The position numbers were made by a program, and so were the translations under genes. From assembly GCA_950097015.1 (NCBI GenBank), contig CATNEN010000001.1:5952001-6016000 (forward strand): DNA of 64,000 nucleotides. The letters are read 5' to 3'. The notes beneath the pieces were generated by a model that did not search any database, was not told the DNA's origin, and worked only from the letters and a program-made list of their open reading frames with translations. Origin of the DNA: Macrostomum hystrix. Its lineage: Eukaryota > Animalia > Platyhelminthes. Positions 60,501 to 64,000 of the stretch are shown here, piece by piece. The stretch's first letter is position 1; every line of letters starts with the position of its first letter.

Positions 60501-61570
60501 TCAGATCGCGAACCTGACACTCGGTGAGGCGCTCAATCATATCCAAAGATACCATCTTGCTCAGCATGCCCATCTGTACTCGGAGATTCAGCTTAGGCGA
60601 GACTGAATTGAAAAATGCGCATTCTTTAGGCGAGGGATAGAATCCGAAGCCATCAGTATCCGTCAGGCCCAGCTTCATGCCGCAGCTCTGCAGATAAGTG
60701 TATGGCACAAATTTAATCTCCTTGCGGAAGACGAACGGGCAGACAATGTTGTTAATCTGTAGGAAGCCGCCTTTCATCTGGTTGAGCTCGTCTAGGCTGA
60801 TTCCAACGCACCTGGAGAACATTTGTTGGCATACTTATCTATAGATGCGAACTATAAGATTTTTAAACAACCTATCTTAACCTGCTCCTCCATTTTTCAG
60901 CTCACTTTCCCTAAATTTCACTCCCTCCCTAAGATTTCTTCCTAATTTACATCTTTTGAAGACTAAATCGATTGATCACTAATTTTTACCTGTTGGCTGC
61001 AATTTCCGAGTAGCAGCGTCTAACCGCATTATAAAAGTCCATAAATTCGTCAAACTTGACTAGCATGTTGTCGCGCTTGGAATAGTCATGCTTGCCGTAC
61101 TCATTTAGGCAGTGCATCTCGTTGATTTCGTTGATTAGGGCGCCTTCGTCCTCGGACATGTAGGAGCTTCGCAACGGCGGTCGCTTCTTCAGCTCCTCTG
61201 GATAGTTGTTAGGGAAGCGCCACAATAGTTTCAGCTCGACCATACGCACAACCACATAGGCCACCTGTTCGCCTTGAGGACAGCGATAGATTTTCGGTAT
61301 GGAGGCGCCGTCAATTTCCGCAAAGCTGAACTGCACTTGCTGAAACACCGGTTTGGCCGCTGCTGCCGTCGCAGTAGACCCCGAGCTGTCTAAATTACGA
61401 TTGGGTGCTGGCGCAGCCGAAGACACAGACGCCACTGTTGGCACAACTCGGGGCCTGATTGGCCGCTGATTGGTGACGCCATTGACGAGACCGCTGTGCC
61501 CGTTAGTCTGGCTACTGGCGCTATTTGAGGCGGCCGAAGATTTCTCGCTTTTCACCCTGGCTTCGGACAT
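57598..61570 (-). CDS. Uncharacterised nuclear protein with three globular segments and poly-Q/A tracts, about 769 aa
   Basis: Exons 61570-60990, 60811-60238, 58752-57598 join in frame at GT-AG sites. IPKIYR..YVVVRMVE..LL, LINEIN..HC..EYG, GGFLQIN..CPFVFR; NLS-like PKRRR; C-terminal VIQIDD. A further upstream exon is possible. Confidence 0.78.
58905..60160. repeat. 20-bp minisatellite (ctgagagagggattgct[a/g]at)
   Basis: Fills most of an intron and decays toward the right. Confidence 0.95.
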
Positions 61571-64000
61571 TGGGCCGTTGCCTACGGAGCCTAGTTTATT
61601 GTTTAACGAATTAATATTATTGTTAATTGTTAGTCAGTATTTTTTTGCCATTGAGTTAGACTATTTTAATTGGGTATTGCATCATGTCAAGCGTTTAAGT
61701 GTGGATAAACTTTGTCTATGTTTAAAACTAATTCGTGCTCGTGATTATGCAATACATCTAGCTGAATGCCAATCCGAGATGTATTGTAGTCGTTATCTAC
61801 AATTCAACTGGAAAAAGCGTAAGAAAAGTACATAAAAGACGTGTACTTATCCACATATACTAAATCTCCAATGTCTATGATAAAAACCGAATTTTGATAA
61901 ATAGAACACTTAAAAGGCTCCTTAGAAAAAAATTTGTTCGTACTCGTACACTTTCGTACTCGTACTCGTTCGTAAAGAAGTGCTAATAGATGGTGGTGCA
62001 ACTCAATAAAATCATGCTAACTTGAAAATACATTATTGCAGTCGATATTAAGGGCCAAGTTATCAGCATCAATGAAAGCTAGTCTCAATATCGAAGTAGA
62101 ATTTTATGACTACTGTATTTTTCTTTCTTTTTTTCGAAACTATTCATGCTGCGTGTACTTCATATCTGCGACCTCCGATATATGTTAAAAAGCAGCAAAT
62201 TCAAACCATAGTATGGACTTCATGTTTCGAAAAATGATGCGGACTTATTCGACTTGGCCGATCTTTCCCGTTTGAAAATCAGTGTATGTATACTTAATAT
62301 ATGTTCATGCACGTTCATGCACGTGGTGCTTTGTAGGCTAATTAAGGTCACTTATTCCATTTCTTCTCGCATCCGTTATCTCTTAAGAGTCGGAATCTTA
62401 ATAGGTCATTTTCGCCTATTTTATGATGTTTTTTCTTTTCAGGTCGAGACGTAATTGCTTTGGCATGGGTTTTGACTTTGCGATGTGTAGATCAATCAAA
62501 GTCATCATTCTAAGCTGTTGATCTAAATTTTCGAATTTGACTTTCCTTGCTTCTCTTCTCTTACCTCAATTTACACCGACTTCACTTGCTTCACTACAAG
62601 TAATTACCATATTAGATAAATGATGATGTAATTTTCTTTTTCCTAAGTCAGTCTCAAAGCTAATGCTTATTCTGGCAGCGTCTGAATCGATTGCAATGTC
62701 TGTCAGCCAGTGTTTTAGCCCAGTTAAGAGCACAGAACTAACCACTAAACAAAGAGTCTTAGGAAGTGCTTAGGAAGTCGCTGTTATTCCCTATAGGCTA
62801 CCCCCAAATGAGCATGTAGAGATAGAGACAGAAGACATATTTTCCCATTTGATCTTCTTCACTAGAAAGATGTACAGTGCATGATTTGTTTACATTTTAG
62901 AGTAGCGCTTTAAGTTAGTCTTTGTAGCTATGTACATGTACATGTACATTTAGGAGATGAGCTGAGGTGACAAATTCTTGTTGTTACCACCCCATCCCAC
63001 AAACCTCTTACCTTAATTTTCGATTCAGTGTGTCAGTCTTTGTTCAGTTTTCTTTGTTCTTTGTACAATGAACGCAAAATCTTTGGTGGGGTGTTCAGCT
63101 ATGCTAATAGCAATATTATAACTTTGCTGAGTAAACTATAAGCAATAGCTAAGTTTTCTGGTTACCATACAATATTCGTTGTGGGATCCAATTTCCAAAT
63201 CTCAGGGTGCTTTAACATGAAGAATTGGTAAGATATAAAATGGCCTTGGAAGACCTAGCCGGAGGGGGGAGGGTGCGAAATTGTGCCCAAAAATCGATAA
63301 TATTCTCTCTTACGCTAGCCTAAATTTAGCTGAGTAAATGTACATGCAAGTCCTAGTGAGGCTGGTCCCTGACTCGCTCATACGACCTTATCTTTTGACA
63401 TTTTATGGGCAGTCAAGTCTAATGTACATTAAAAAGGTGGGGTTAAAATAAAAAATCGATAACTTGCCATTGGATACGGTAGGCTATAGAGGGGGTTTGG
63501 GGGCAAAATAATCAACCCCACGCCCTAAGCAAAGTTAAAGCCGAAAGCCACAACCCCACTCCACTGAAGTAATCGTACAGTTGGGGTGGAACAGCCAATT
63601 GAGGGCTAGCCAGAATCGAAGGCACGAAGGACAGAAGGGGCAGGAAAGTAAAGAGGTTATGCGTCACTAGACTGAGTGAGTGGCCGCGGGAGGCACTGGG
63701 TATGCTGAAGGAAAGATAGGCGTGCGGGCGGACGAAATGAGCTATGCATACAGAGAGAGAGATAGAGGGGGGAGGGTTTTCCAGAAGCGAAGGGTTAGTG
63801 TTTTCTGTTGAGCGTGCATGTTCGCAGTGTACATTCAGACTGGAGTTTCCCCGCTTCTTCATACAGGGTAGGATATTCAAACGTAGAAAGCTCGATTTTA
63901 TTTATTGTAGCGACAATATGTTTGGTGATGGTCTGTCGTTGATAAACTTTCTTCGATTGTTTATTATTTTACCTGCAATTCAAATAAGCTTGATAAATAT

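Noticed and set aside
63512-63880. 122-aa minus-strand ORF
   Set aside because: No motif or splice support; may be UTR, promoter or repeat sequence.

Overview
Intron-containing, repeat-rich invertebrate genomic DNA. The many unrelated minisatellites and Gln-rich proteins suggest a flatworm such as Macrostomum (inference only). Host genes, left to right: a Gln-rich ORF antisense inside DCAF1/VprBP (5' exons, minus strand); a tail-to-tail pair of secreted PAN/Apple + ALK/LTK-type glycine-rich-domain genes (one intact, one decayed); a secreted lectin with six tandem F-type (fucolectin) domains; a short divergent Lunapark-type zinc-finger gene; CCDC181-like; a TRIM/RBCC ligase with a QT-motif tail; an AIP3-domain SRCIN1/SKT-like gene; CISD2; and an uncharacterised nuclear Gln-rich gene. 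Mobile DNA: a three-level nest (LTR remnant > Merlin-like MITE > hAT-like MITE); two Helitron derivatives joined exactly head-to-tail; three tRNA-derived SINE families; further MITEs; and about 15 minisatellite arrays. The most notable item is an apparently intact Crypton-type tyrosine-recombinase element. Its two ends would join into a lox/dif-like site, it carries an internal inverted copy of its right end, it sits 3 bp before a host ATG, and two non-autonomous relatives lie nearby. All calls were made by eye; no searches were run.
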